Both the position numbers and the translations under genes were made by a program. The notes beneath the pieces are model-generated. The model saw only the letters and a program-made list of their open reading frames with translations. It searched no databases and had not been told where the DNA came from. From positions 60,999 to 124,998 of the forward strand of contig CAVUQF010000003.1 of assembly GCA_963743615.1 (NCBI GenBank): a stretch of 64,000 bases of DNA. Direction: 5' to 3'. Below are positions 17,811 to 27,514 of this stretch, one piece after another (the stretch's first letter is position 1; every line of letters begins with the position of its first letter). The stretch is from an uncultured Nanoarchaeota archaeon. GTDB taxonomy: Archaea > Nanobdellota > Nanobdellia > Pacearchaeales > GW2011-AR1.

Positions 17811-19504
17811 TTTCTCTCTTTGATTTCTTCTTCTATTTTAGAGATAAAATCCTTAATTTTAAAGTTTTGTATCTTTGAATCTCCTCTTACTCTTGCAGCT
17901 ATTGTCTTATCTTTTTCCTCTTTGTCTCCGACAACAATTACGTATGGTATTCTCATGATTTCAGCCTCTTTGACTTTTGCAGATAAAGTAGTATTTCTAA
18001 AATCTGCATCTAACCTTATGTTGGGAATTTTATTGCCTATTTCTTCAACTACACTCTTGGCATATTTCTCGTTTCTATCTGTGAAGGATAAGACTCTTAC
18101 TTGGATAGGAGCAAGCCAAGTTGGCAAACGGCCGCTGGTATGCTCAATGAGAATTCCAATAAACCTCTCCAAACTTCCGTACTTAACAGTATGTAACATA
18201 ACAGGACGTTTTCTACTATTATCTTTGTCTACATATTCTAACTCAAATCTTTCTGGCATTGAAAAGTCCAACTGTATTGTTGATAATTGCCACGTTCTTC
18301 CTAGTGAATCTTTGACATGAAAGTCAATTTTAGGTCCATAAAAGGCTCCTTCGCCTTTATTGATTTGATATTTCATTTTTTTATTTTTAAGGACTTTTTC
18401 AAGGTTCTGTTCTGCCTTGTCCCACACTTCATCTGTCCCTATCCTTTTTTCAGGTCTTGTTGACAACTCTATATGATCAAATTCAAGATTGAACTTTTTA
18501 TAGAAAATATCAATTACTCTCATTATTTCAGAAATTTCATTCTCTATTTGCTCTTCTATACAAAAAATGTGTGCATCATCTTGGGTAAACTGTATTACTC
18601 TGAACAATCCTGCAAGAACACCAGACAGTTCAACTCTGTGCACTATTCCCATTTCTCCCACCCTCAATGGAAACTCCTTGTAGGATTTTGGCTTGTTTCT
18701 ATAAACAATCATCCCCCCTGGACAATTCATGGGCTTTACAAGGAATTTTCTTTTTTCATACTCTGTTGAAAAATTATTATCTTTATACTTTTCCCAATGT
18801 CCTGAAATTTGCCAGAGTCTTTGATCCATTATTTGGGGAGTCGATATTTCTACATATCCATTCCTTCTGTGAATCTCTCTCCAGAAATTTATCAGTTCAT
18901 TTTTTATTATTAATCCATTGTTATGCCAGAATACCATTCCAGGCGCAACTTCGTTAAAACTGTAAAGATCCATTTCATTACCTATTATTCTGTGGTCATT
19001 ATCTTTAAGCTTTGAATTATCAAGCTTCGTCTTTGAAATTTCTCTTAAGAGTTGCTTAGGGTCATACTGTTCATTTGTTCCTATTTTTGATTTTAGCTCT
19101 CTGCTGAGCTCTGATAAGGGATGTCCCTTTACTTTTAGTTCAAATTCTTTATAATACCCGAAAGGTGCCCTAATAACTTCAAAACCTTCCCTCTTTAATT
19201 TTTCCTCTGAATCTTTTAGAATTTTAATTGCTATGGCTGGAGCGGACAGATTTGATGATAAATGAGCATAAGGGTAGAGAACAATTCTGTTGGCATTAAC
19301 TTGTTTTGCAATCTCTTTTATATTTTTCACGTAGTCTTCGACTATTTCTTGATTATCTTCCTTTTCAACTGCGGTCAGAATGACAAGAGCTTCTTTTACC
19401 GTTTTTTCTTCTTTTTCCTTTTCTGAAAGGGGTTCAACATCTTTTAGCGCCTTTTTCAATGGTTTGAATTTTATGTAATCACAATGTAAACTTAAAAATT
19501 TCAT
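17807..19504 (-). CDS. thrS: Threonyl-tRNA synthetase, archaeal type with N-terminal DTD-like editing domain
   Basis: N-terminal 'MKFLSLHCDYIKFKP' editing-domain start; class II motifs 'FRVIQFTQDDAHIFC' and 'GAFYGPKIDF'; C-terminal anticodon-binding domain. Confidence 0.85.
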   Translation of the reverse strand: MKFLSLHCDYIKFKPLKKALKDVEPLSEKEKEEKTVKEALVILTAVEKEDNQEIVEDYVKNIKEIAKQVNANRIVLYPYAHLSSNLSAPAIAIKILKDSEEKLKREGFEVIRAPFGYYKEFELKVKGHPLSELSRELKSKIGTNEQYDPKQLLREISKTKLDNSKLKDNDHRIIGNEMDLYSFNEVAPGMVFWHNNGLIIKNELINFWREIHRRNGYVEISTPQIMDQRLWQISGHWEKYKDNNFSTEYEKRKFLVKPMNCPGGMIVYRNKPKSYKEFPLRVGEMGIVHRVELSGVLAGLFRVIQFTQDDAHIFCIEEQIENEISEIMRVIDIFYKKFNLEFDHIELSTRPEKRIGTDEVWDKAEQNLEKVLKNKKMKYQINKGEGAFYGPKIDFHVKDSLGRTWQLSTIQLDFSMPERFELEYVDKDNSRKRPVMLHTVKYGSLERFIGILIEHTSGRLPTWLAPIQVRVLSFTDRNEKYAKSVVEEIGNKIPNIRLDADFRNTTLSAKVKEAEIMRIPYVIVVGDKEEKDKTIAARVRGDSKIQNFKIKDFISKIEEEIKERK

Positions 19505-19590
19505 AGCAGAAGCAAAGTTGACAAGTTTATAAAATTAATTAGGATAAACTAAACAGAAACATTTAAAAGCATTTTTCTATCAAGGGATTT

Positions 19591-20205
19591 GTGAAAAAAA
19601 GTTCGTTGTTCACACTTTTATTTGCAATTAACAGTTTTATTCTGCCTTCTTTAGCAAGGGCTCCGCCAATGTCTGATTTGCCCCCTTTAGCTTATGAAAC
19701 TGGGCCCACATACGGTGGAGCTATTGAAAATTTTGTAAATGAGAAGAAAAACGAGGATTTTTTAAATTACAAGATTTATAATTTTAATAGCGATAGTGAT
19801 GATAGACTTTTGGCTAGGATGATCTTTGGAGAAGGGGAAAGTCTCAGCAGGGCGGAAAAAATCGAGATTGCCTATACAGCCATCCATAGGGTTGAGCAAG
19901 GGTATGATAAAAGTCTTAGAGGGGCTATACTCCGTCTTGATCAGTATTCTTGCTTTAATGAGGGTACAGATAATTCTATTTTCTTGAAGGACCCTCTAAG
20001 ACACAATCCGAAGGAGTTTTTTGCATCCTTAGAAATTGCGATAGGGATTTTGGAAGGTAAAATCAAAGATCCTAAGGATGGCGCAACTTATTATTATGAT
20101 CCTAAAGTGCTTAAGACTCCTCCAGAATGGACAAAAGGCTTAGAAGAAATCAAGAGACCTGGCTTTCATCATAGATATTATAAGGAGCGAAGGCTTAGCG
20201 CTTAA
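19591..20205 (+). CDS. Secreted cell-wall (peptidoglycan) hydrolase, SleB/Hydrolase_2 family
   Basis: GTG start, signal peptide, and 'LLARMIFGEGES...AIHRV...QYSCFN...GATYYYDP...HRYYK', collinear with the SleB domain. Confidence 0.65.
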   Translation: MKKSSLFTLLFAINSFILPSLARAPPMSDLPPLAYETGPTYGGAIENFVNEKKNEDFLNYKIYNFNSDSDDRLLARMIFGEGESLSRAEKIEIAYTAIHRVEQGYDKSLRGAILRLDQYSCFNEGTDNSIFLKDPLRHNPKEFFASLEIAIGILEGKIKDPKDGATYYYDPKVLKTPPEWTKGLEEIKRPGFHHRYYKERRLSA

Positions 20206-21322
20206 TCAAAAATTTCTCGATATCCTTTTTGGCTCCTTCTCTTTTTTTCTGGTGTTCTTGCAAAAATTTGTTTATCTTCTCTATTAGAATTTCTTTCAGT
20301 TCAGAGGTCATGAGAGTTCCAGATTTATAATTTTCATAAATTTTTTCAAGTTTTTTATCATCTGATTCAAAAAACATTTTTAGATACTGGAATGAAACAT
20401 CAATGTCTGGATTACCTCCCAGCTTTCTATGTTCTTCCAAAGTATCTCTCCCTCCAGAGAATGCATATTTCTTTATTTTTGTTTCAACTTCTTTTGGGGA
20501 ATCTGTTAGGGCAATGAAAGAATTTGGTTCTGAAGAGGACATTTTCCCTCCGCCGAGTCCTGGCATGAAAAGATGGTAGGTGGAACTTAGTTGCATGAAT
20601 TTAAAATCTTTAATTCTCTGGCTCATGTCTCTTGCTAATCTTATATGAGGATCTTGATCTATTCCTACCGGAACGATCACGGGGCAGGTCCCCTCAAGTT
20701 CGGGTAGCTGGACATGAAGCATGTCTGATGCTTGAAGTATTGATGAAATCATCTTTCCAGGACTTATCTCTCCATATATTGCCTTAAACTCACTGAAAGT
20801 GGAATACTTTGCAAGAAGGTTTTGAAGTCTGTAATATGCATTTGATTTTTTTGCATCTTTACTTCTCTCACTTTGGAAATATATTTCACATTTTTCAGGT
20901 TTTAATCCTAAGGCAATATAGTTGGTTATATACTGATCGATTGCAATCTTCCTGCTTTCTTCCAAACTTTGGCCTCTTGTGTTATATGCTTCTATATCTG
21001 CAACTGCAATGTAGATTTTTGCTCCTAACTTTTGATAAAAAATCATCTGCTGAGCAAGGATCATGTGTCCTAAGTGAAATTTTCCCGTAGGCATCAGTCC
21101 GGTCATCATAACAAATTTTCTTTTGTCCTTTATGGCATCCATAATTTTTTGTATATCTCTATGAGCAAAAATAATTTTTCTTCTAAATAGGACATTTTTG
21201 TTGAAAACTTCGGGTAATTCTTTTATTTGGGAAATTCCAAATTCTTTTATTAATTTTTCATAGTTTACATTTCCAGAAACTTCCCAAGGAGTGAAGTTGA
21301 TTTTTTTCTCCTTATTCATCAT
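20195..21322 (-). CDS. trpS: Tryptophanyl-tRNA synthetase (archaeal/eukaryal type)
   Basis: 'GKFHLGHM' (HIGH) and 'KMSSS' (KMSKS); N-terminal 'TPWEVSG'; 375 aa favours TrpRS over TyrRS. Confidence 0.7.
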   Translation of the reverse strand: MMNKEKKINFTPWEVSGNVNYEKLIKEFGISQIKELPEVFNKNVLFRRKIIFAHRDIQKIMDAIKDKRKFVMMTGLMPTGKFHLGHMILAQQMIFYQKLGAKIYIAVADIEAYNTRGQSLEESRKIAIDQYITNYIALGLKPEKCEIYFQSERSKDAKKSNAYYRLQNLLAKYSTFSEFKAIYGEISPGKMISSILQASDMLHVQLPELEGTCPVIVPVGIDQDPHIRLARDMSQRIKDFKFMQLSSTYHLFMPGLGGGKMSSSEPNSFIALTDSPKEVETKIKKYAFSGGRDTLEEHRKLGGNPDIDVSFQYLKMFFESDDKKLEKIYENYKSGTLMTSELKEILIEKINKFLQEHQKKREGAKKDIEKFLIKR

Positions 21323-21394
21323 TTCATCTCAATGTGAAATTTCTTTTTAAAATTATCCACAAATATATTTATAAATAATAATTCTATTATAAAA

Positions 21395-23446
21395 TTGGTA
21401 AAAATGAGGAAGATAATTTTTAGTTTGGTAATTGTATTTTCGTTGGTGTTCTTTTCTCATTCGGTTTTAGCTCTTCCTTCTTTTAATTCTCCACTTAATA
21501 GCATATACAACCTTGGAGATTTTGCTAATACTTCTTTGACTATTGATCAAGGCGGCAATTTTTCGGTGAATTTAATTTGTAATGGTGTTACCGAAAGGTT
21601 GAGTCCTCCCATCTTTGCCAGTCTGCCATCTATGAATATGCCCCCTATTCCTATACAGTTACAATTGACTTCTAGTCTCGTTGGGGCTAATTCCACTTCA
21701 TGCCAGTTGGAAGCTTCATTAAATGGGAACGCTATTTCTTCAAATGTTTTTCAAGTTTCAAACTTAGTTCAGGTTACAGTTTCTTCCAATGATACAGAGT
21801 TTAAGCCAGGAGATCAAGTTTCTATTCAAGGTGATGCTGTGAAAGTAAATGGACAGAGTCTTAATGGCATCGTTGGTTTGAATGTTTTAGGTCCAGGAAA
21901 CACTTCAATCTATCAAATTTCTAACTCGGTAAGTAACGGATATTTCTCATTTAATTTCTCTCTTCCTTCGGAGATTGCTGCAGGGCAGTATTTTGTTGTT
22001 TTGAATGCATATGAAACAGATCCATCTGGAGCTGAAACGAATGTTGGCTATTATAATTTTAATATACTTGTGGATCAAGTACCAACTAGCCTTAATTTGG
22101 TTCCTCAGAATACTGTTCAGAGCATCTCTCCCGGGCAAGGATACAGTGTTGAAGCCATTTTGTACGACCAGACTGGACAGGAAATGAATTCACTTGTCAA
22201 TTTCACGATAAATGAGACGAACGGGGGAATTATGCGTCAACAGGTAAGCACGGGGCAGTTTATTGAGATTCCTGTTAGTTATAATGATGCTCCGGGCACG
22301 TGGACAGTTTTTGCAAAGTCTAATAATCTTGATTCCCAGTTGAGCTTCGGGGTCTTAGAAAATAAAAATATTACCATCTCTGTACTGAATAGCACACTTT
22401 TAGTAACTAATGAAGGCAATGTTCCTTACACTGACCCAATTACAGTTAATTTTGGAAATCAATCTCTTGTCTTCAATGTTTCGCTAGGGGTCGGGCAGAG
22501 TCAAAAATATGTTTTAAATGCACCTAATGGAGATTACAATGTTGAAGTATCTAGTCTTGGAAGCAATTTATATTCTGGAGATCTATTCCTTACTGGAAAT
22601 GTTGTGAATGTCCAGCAGGCTTCGAAAGGAGTAGTAAGTTTTGTTCAATATCCCCTTGTTTGGATAGTTCTTATAATTATTTTGGTTGTGTTGATCTTCT
22701 TTTTCCTCAAGAAGTTGTATAAGAAGAAGTTCATGAGAAAGATAAACTTGAATAAGAGTTTTAAGTTAAGGGATGGAATTGTGATTAGCGAGGGGAAAGA
22801 TACTAGTTCAAATGGTCCTAAGTTTGTGAACAGCAGGAATGTTGCTGAACTTTCGCTATCTTTACAGGGGACTAAACACGGTTCAACTATTGTCTGCTTG
22901 GGAATAAGAAATTTTGCCGAGATAAAATCTGGGAAAGGAGGGGTAAACGAGACTATGAATAGGATAAGATCCATTTCAGACGAATTCAAGGCAGCGGTTT
23001 ACGAAAATGGGGCAAATATCTTCCTGATCTTTTCTCCAATGAAGACTAAATCTCAAAATAACGATTTAACTGCAATAAAGGCTGCAGAGCAGATTCAGAG
23101 AGTTTTACAAGACCACAACAAATTACTAAAGCAGAAAATAGACTTTGGAATTTCCATACATTATGGGATGATTGTTGCAAAGTTAGGAGTGAACAGCATG
23201 AAATTCATGAGTTTGGGCAATGTGATTTCAACAGCAAAGAAGCTTGCAGCCATCTCTCAAGGGCAAGTTTTCCTTAGTAAAGAAGTTAGGGATAGAATTG
23301 CCACAGATGTTAAGACTGAAATGCATTCCAGCGGAGATATGAGTTACTACACTCTTCTTGAAATAAGAGATAGAGAGAAAAATCAGAAATTCATCAAAGA
23401 TTTCATGAATAAAATGGATAAAGAAGAGAAAGAGAACAAATCTTAA
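21395..23446 (+). CDS. Surface protein (683 aa) with an N-glycosylation-rich ectodomain, one TM helix, and a cytoplasmic nucleotide-cyclase (CHD/GGDEF palm)-like domain that is probably catalytically degenerate
   Basis: Signal peptide; many N-x-S/T sequons; TM 'LVWIVLIIILVVLIFFFL'. The C-terminal 'STIVCLGIRNFAEI ... IDFGISIHYGMIVAKLGVNSMKFMSLGNVISTAKKLAAISQGQVFLSKEV' is collinear with the class III cyclase consensus but lacks the metal-binding Asp residues. Confidence 0.5.
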   Translation: MVKMRKIIFSLVIVFSLVFFSHSVLALPSFNSPLNSIYNLGDFANTSLTIDQGGNFSVNLICNGVTERLSPPIFASLPSMNMPPIPIQLQLTSSLVGANSTSCQLEASLNGNAISSNVFQVSNLVQVTVSSNDTEFKPGDQVSIQGDAVKVNGQSLNGIVGLNVLGPGNTSIYQISNSVSNGYFSFNFSLPSEIAAGQYFVVLNAYETDPSGAETNVGYYNFNILVDQVPTSLNLVPQNTVQSISPGQGYSVEAILYDQTGQEMNSLVNFTINETNGGIMRQQVSTGQFIEIPVSYNDAPGTWTVFAKSNNLDSQLSFGVLENKNITISVLNSTLLVTNEGNVPYTDPITVNFGNQSLVFNVSLGVGQSQKYVLNAPNGDYNVEVSSLGSNLYSGDLFLTGNVVNVQQASKGVVSFVQYPLVWIVLIIILVVLIFFFLKKLYKKKFMRKINLNKSFKLRDGIVISEGKDTSSNGPKFVNSRNVAELSLSLQGTKHGSTIVCLGIRNFAEIKSGKGGVNETMNRIRSISDEFKAAVYENGANIFLIFSPMKTKSQNNDLTAIKAAEQIQRVLQDHNKLLKQKIDFGISIHYGMIVAKLGVNSMKFMSLGNVISTAKKLAAISQGQVFLSKEVRDRIATDVKTEMHSSGDMSYYTLLEIRDREKNQKFIKDFMNKMDKEEKENKS

Positions 23447-25080
23447 TTCTTTAGTTTTTCTACTATCTTATCGAAGTTAATTTCGCACAATGCGACGGGC
23501 ATTCTTATTTTCCAATTCTTTAATATCTTTGGATGTACTTCCCCAACAAACCCTATTTTTTCATCTTCAAGTATTATTTCTCCAACTCTCCCGTCAATAA
23601 AGTAAGTTGGGGGATCCTTTGGCTCATTGAATTTTGCTTTTAGGTCCAACATCTTAAATAAATAGTTCAAACTCTGTTTTATCTCTGTGAAATTACCTGG
23701 GGAAATTGCAATTGAGAGACTATTCTCCTCTTTTATATTTTCACCGTACTTGAAGACTTTGCCTACCTCGAATATCCTTTGAGGGAAATCATTGTTAACA
23801 TTTTCAGAAAATATCTTTAGCAGATAATGAGTTAAATTCTCCCTAAGGATGTTATAATCTGTTTTGGAATTTTCAATAGGGATGTACTTAACTTTTTCAT
23901 TTATACCCATTTTTTCGAATTGATCTTTTAGGGTTGTTAAATGATAATTTGATACTTCTTGCACATTCAGCCCGGTTAATATTTCAGATATTTTCCTTTT
24001 TATTATTTCTTTCGGATTCTCCTGGCCTATTGTGGATATTTCTGGAATTTCCGGAATTAGTTTTTCATACCCATAAGCAATAGCAATATCTTCTATTAAA
24101 TCAACCTCCTGGAGTATGTCTATTCTCCAAGGAGGTATCTCAACAGTATTCTTATTGCAATTGTATCCCATCTTTTCAAGTAATTTTTTCACATCATTTT
24201 CCTTTAAGTTAAGTCCTAATAGTTTGTTTACATTTTCAATATTAATCAATTTCTTTTCAGTTTCAAAGTTTGGGAATATCTTTTTCTCTTTTCCATAATC
24301 TACTTCAACTTCATATATCTCCCCCCCCATATCTGCAAGGGCAGATACTAAAATATTCAAACATTTTTCCAAAACATTAAGTTCGAATCCGGAACATTCA
24401 ACGAAGACATCCTTTGTTTTTTCCGTAACTCTCCCTGTTGTTTGAGAATTTATTATAGGGGGCATGCTTAGTACTCTATTTTCAGCATCGACAAATATTG
24501 GAAATTTGGCTTTTCCAGATAACAAATAGGCATACTCTTTTCCTGTCGGGTGTTTTTGTAATATTTCCAGTCCAGACATTTCTCTATCAGATTCCAATGG
24601 GATAAATTTGATTTTATCAGGTTCAAGCGCTTTGAAAGTTACGGGGAATTTTATCTTTTCCAATGGATAGATACCTATTGCTAATTTTCTTCTTTTTCTT
24701 CCAAGGGTTATATGCAGCTTTTCTTGAATTTCAATCAATTCTTTTATCTTATCAGAATCTAATTTTATATTTTTTATAACTACACATGCTGTGTAAGGTC
24801 TTATCTCTTTCAGAGAATTGTCCACGATAATTTTATAGTCCGATTTGTTTATCCTGTATTGGATAAGGCCCATCTTTTTTTCCAAAAATGCTAAGAATGC
24901 CCTTTTGAATCCGTGATAAGATAGTAGGTCTGGCCTGTTTGGGAATATTTCTATCTGCAGTTCTTCATTAGTAACTTTATCGATTGGTGTTCCAAACAAT
25001 GCAATCCTTTCTTCCATTTTCTCGTCAAATTTCCCAATTTCTTTTTCGAATTGCCGTCTGTTTAAAGTTACAATTGCCAT
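23443..25080 (-). CDS. pheT: Phenylalanyl-tRNA synthetase beta subunit (archaeal)
   Basis: 545 aa with B3/B4 and catalytic-like domains; adjacent to pheS. Confidence 0.8.
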   Translation of the reverse strand: MAIVTLNRRQFEKEIGKFDEKMEERIALFGTPIDKVTNEELQIEIFPNRPDLLSYHGFKRAFLAFLEKKMGLIQYRINKSDYKIIVDNSLKEIRPYTACVVIKNIKLDSDKIKELIEIQEKLHITLGRKRRKLAIGIYPLEKIKFPVTFKALEPDKIKFIPLESDREMSGLEILQKHPTGKEYAYLLSGKAKFPIFVDAENRVLSMPPIINSQTTGRVTEKTKDVFVECSGFELNVLEKCLNILVSALADMGGEIYEVEVDYGKEKKIFPNFETEKKLINIENVNKLLGLNLKENDVKKLLEKMGYNCNKNTVEIPPWRIDILQEVDLIEDIAIAYGYEKLIPEIPEISTIGQENPKEIIKRKISEILTGLNVQEVSNYHLTTLKDQFEKMGINEKVKYIPIENSKTDYNILRENLTHYLLKIFSENVNNDFPQRIFEVGKVFKYGENIKEENSLSIAISPGNFTEIKQSLNYLFKMLDLKAKFNEPKDPPTYFIDGRVGEIILEDEKIGFVGEVHPKILKNWKIRMPVALCEINFDKIVEKLKN

Positions 25081-25081
25081 T

Positions 25082-25528
25082 TTATTTCCTTATCTCTTCT
25101 CCAAGTTTTTTTAGTTCTTCAATTGATTTTTGCGGGCCTAATTGTGTTGAAATATAACCCTCATACTTTTCAAAGAATACTTTATCTTTTGCCCACATTT
25201 CTTTAAATTTTTCGTCAAGTCCATGAATAGGATATAATTTTACGTGAACATGATTTATTCCCAAACCTTCCATGACTATTGCTACCCTTTTTACTTTCAG
25301 TTTCTTTTCCAATAGCTTTGCGACTTTTTTTGTAGCCATCATTAAGGCTACATAATCCTTCTCAGACATATCTGTTGCGTCACTATCATAATGAGACTTT
25401 GTTATAACTAAAGTGACTCCTTTAGTATTTGGGTTAATATCCAATATTGCAATGTGCTTTTCATCTTCCCAAATCTTTATAGAGGGCATTTCACCCTCTA
25501 TTATTTTACAGAATATACAATTTTCCAT
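25082..25528 (-). CDS. HIT family (histidine triad) nucleotide hydrolase
   Basis: 'NCIFCKII' and the 'GINHVHVKLYP' histidine triad. Confidence 0.7.
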   Translation of the reverse strand: MENCIFCKIIEGEMPSIKIWEDEKHIAILDINPNTKGVTLVITKSHYDSDATDMSEKDYVALMMATKKVAKLLEKKLKVKRVAIVMEGLGINHVHVKLYPIHGLDEKFKEMWAKDKVFFEKYEGYISTQLGPQKSIEELKKLGEEIRK

Positions 25529-27045
25529 TATGTTTTAGTCCAGAATTTTATTTCTCTAAGCATTTTCAAATCATTTTTGTACAGTTCTCTTAGATCTTTT
25601 ATTTTATAGTAATCGATCAAAATTCTGTCAAATCCGGGTCCCCATGCAAGTACAGGTATACTCTCTCCCAGGAGAGGTATTGTGACTTCCGGTCTAAATA
25701 TTCCTGCTCCTCCTAGTTCTAACCAAACTTTTCTGTCGGAGTTCCAAGCATCTATTTCTACGCTGGGCTCCGTATAAGGGAAGTAACTTGGTCTGAATCT
25801 AATTTTCTCAAAACCCATTTTTTCGAAGAATTGTTTTAAATAGCCTAATAAGTGTCTGAAATTTGCATTTCTATCTACAACTATACCTTCCGTTTGATTG
25901 AATTCAAATCCATGACTCCAATCTACTGTTTCATTTCTAAAACATTTTCCCAGTGCAAAAAATTTCTGGGGCAGTTCAGAAATTTTTAGTTTTGAGAGTG
26001 TTTGCGCGGAGATACATGTTGTGTGTGTCCTTAAGACGACTTTTTTTGCCTCTTCTTCATCCCAAGAGTACTGCCATCCCTTGCTTCCATCTATTCCTTT
26101 TTCATGACTTTCTTTTATTCTCCTTACAATTTCTTTTTCAGGAAGAGTAGTTTTTTTATTAATAAAGAAAGTATCTTGCATTTCTCTTACAGGATGATCT
26201 TGTGCTGTGAATAGGGCATCAAAATTCCAGAATGAACTTACGACAATATCTCCACTCATTTCTCTGAATCCCATTTCTGTCCAAATTTTTCTTGCGTAGT
26301 CTGAGGCCTGATTTACGAAGTGCCTTTTTCCTCCGTTTATCTCTGGGACAGGGGAAACTACATCATATGTCCTAAATTTTTTACCTTTCCATAATTTTTC
26401 AGATTTTATAATCCCTGGAGTCAGTTGTTCTATCAAATTTTCTGACTTTATCCTAGATTTTATCAGTTGCTTTCCCTTATCTGTCACTTTTAGTCTTATG
26501 TCCTTTTCTTCCCTTATTTCAATGATATTCCTTCTTTTTTGCAATTCTTTGAATATAATTACCTGTTCGGGGGATAATGAATTTTGATTTAGAGGCAGGC
26601 TCTCAATAAATATCTCTTCAGGCATTTTTTTTGATGATTCATCATTTCCAGAATTTAGAATTATTCTATTATTTACAATATCTATCAAGGATTTTCTTTT
26701 TAGGGCTCCTAAAGACACTCTAAACTCATCATCAGAGAGATTGCTTTGCTTTTGTGTATCTTCTAGAGGTAGTATCCTTTTTTCCTTCAAAAGGCTTAAT
26801 AGCCTTCTTTCTGGCAAGCCCTTTTTTTTGTATAGTATCCCGTTTACCCCAAGATCAATAATCTTTTTTTTATCATATTCTAAAGTTACAATCTCTTTAT
26901 TTTTTAGATATTCTAGGGACCTTATAACTGAAGTTTTATCTAGATTTGATTTTTTGCAGATGGAGACTATATTTTTGTCTTCCAAATAAGGTAATATCTT
27001 AATTTCATTTGGGCTTAAAGATTCCAAAACTTTTTTTATATCCAT
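25528..27045 (-). CDS. pheS: Phenylalanyl-tRNA synthetase alpha subunit
   Basis: Class II motifs including 'FRPSYFPYTEPSVE' and 'GAGIFRPEV'. Confidence 0.85.
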   Translation of the reverse strand: MDIKKVLESLSPNEIKILPYLEDKNIVSICKKSNLDKTSVIRSLEYLKNKEIVTLEYDKKKIIDLGVNGILYKKKGLPERRLLSLLKEKRILPLEDTQKQSNLSDDEFRVSLGALKRKSLIDIVNNRIILNSGNDESSKKMPEEIFIESLPLNQNSLSPEQVIIFKELQKRRNIIEIREEKDIRLKVTDKGKQLIKSRIKSENLIEQLTPGIIKSEKLWKGKKFRTYDVVSPVPEINGGKRHFVNQASDYARKIWTEMGFREMSGDIVVSSFWNFDALFTAQDHPVREMQDTFFINKKTTLPEKEIVRRIKESHEKGIDGSKGWQYSWDEEEAKKVVLRTHTTCISAQTLSKLKISELPQKFFALGKCFRNETVDWSHGFEFNQTEGIVVDRNANFRHLLGYLKQFFEKMGFEKIRFRPSYFPYTEPSVEIDAWNSDRKVWLELGGAGIFRPEVTIPLLGESIPVLAWGPGFDRILIDYYKIKDLRELYKNDLKMLREIKFWTKT

Positions 27046-27067
27046 TAAAAACTAACAAGTCATTATT

Positions 27068-27514
27068 TTATAAATCTTTTATCATCCAGGTGGGCATTCC
27101 AAGTGAAAGACCCAGAGATTGCAAATCATACTTACTTCTTTGGTTGCTGACAGATATAAATTCCATATTTAATTTTTCCTTGCTGCAGATTCTTATATTT
27201 TGTTTTATTCTTGAGATTATTTCTGATTTTTCATTTCCCTTTGAGTCTATTATTTCATCTAAGAAGATCCCAATCTGAATCTTATTATTTTTTGCAATTT
27301 TAGACATAACTGAATTTAATCCGGAATTCCTCTGCTTTTGCCGATCTTTTCTTCCCTTTTGTTTTATTAACAATAAGGAAATTTTCTCTTTCTCTAAAAT
27401 TTTTCTGTTTAATTCGTCATTGTTGCTCGTAAAAACTATTCTATTTTGGTTATTATCTTTTATCGCCTTTCTTGCCTTGTCAAAATTATTTTCTTCTATA
27501 ATTATAGAGCTCAT
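27068..27514 (-). CDS. hypothetical protein; possibly a reduced RNase P protein subunit Rpp30-like fold
   Basis: Pattern 'IQIGIFLDEII...NIRICSKEKLNMEFISVS...LGLSLG' loosely resembles the p30 C-terminal half. This is weak. Confidence 0.3.
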   Translation of the reverse strand: MSSIIIEENNFDKARKAIKDNNQNRIVFTSNNDELNRKILEKEKISLLLIKQKGRKDRQKQRNSGLNSVMSKIAKNNKIQIGIFLDEIIDSKGNEKSEIISRIKQNIRICSKEKLNMEFISVSNQRSKYDLQSLGLSLGMPTWMIKDL

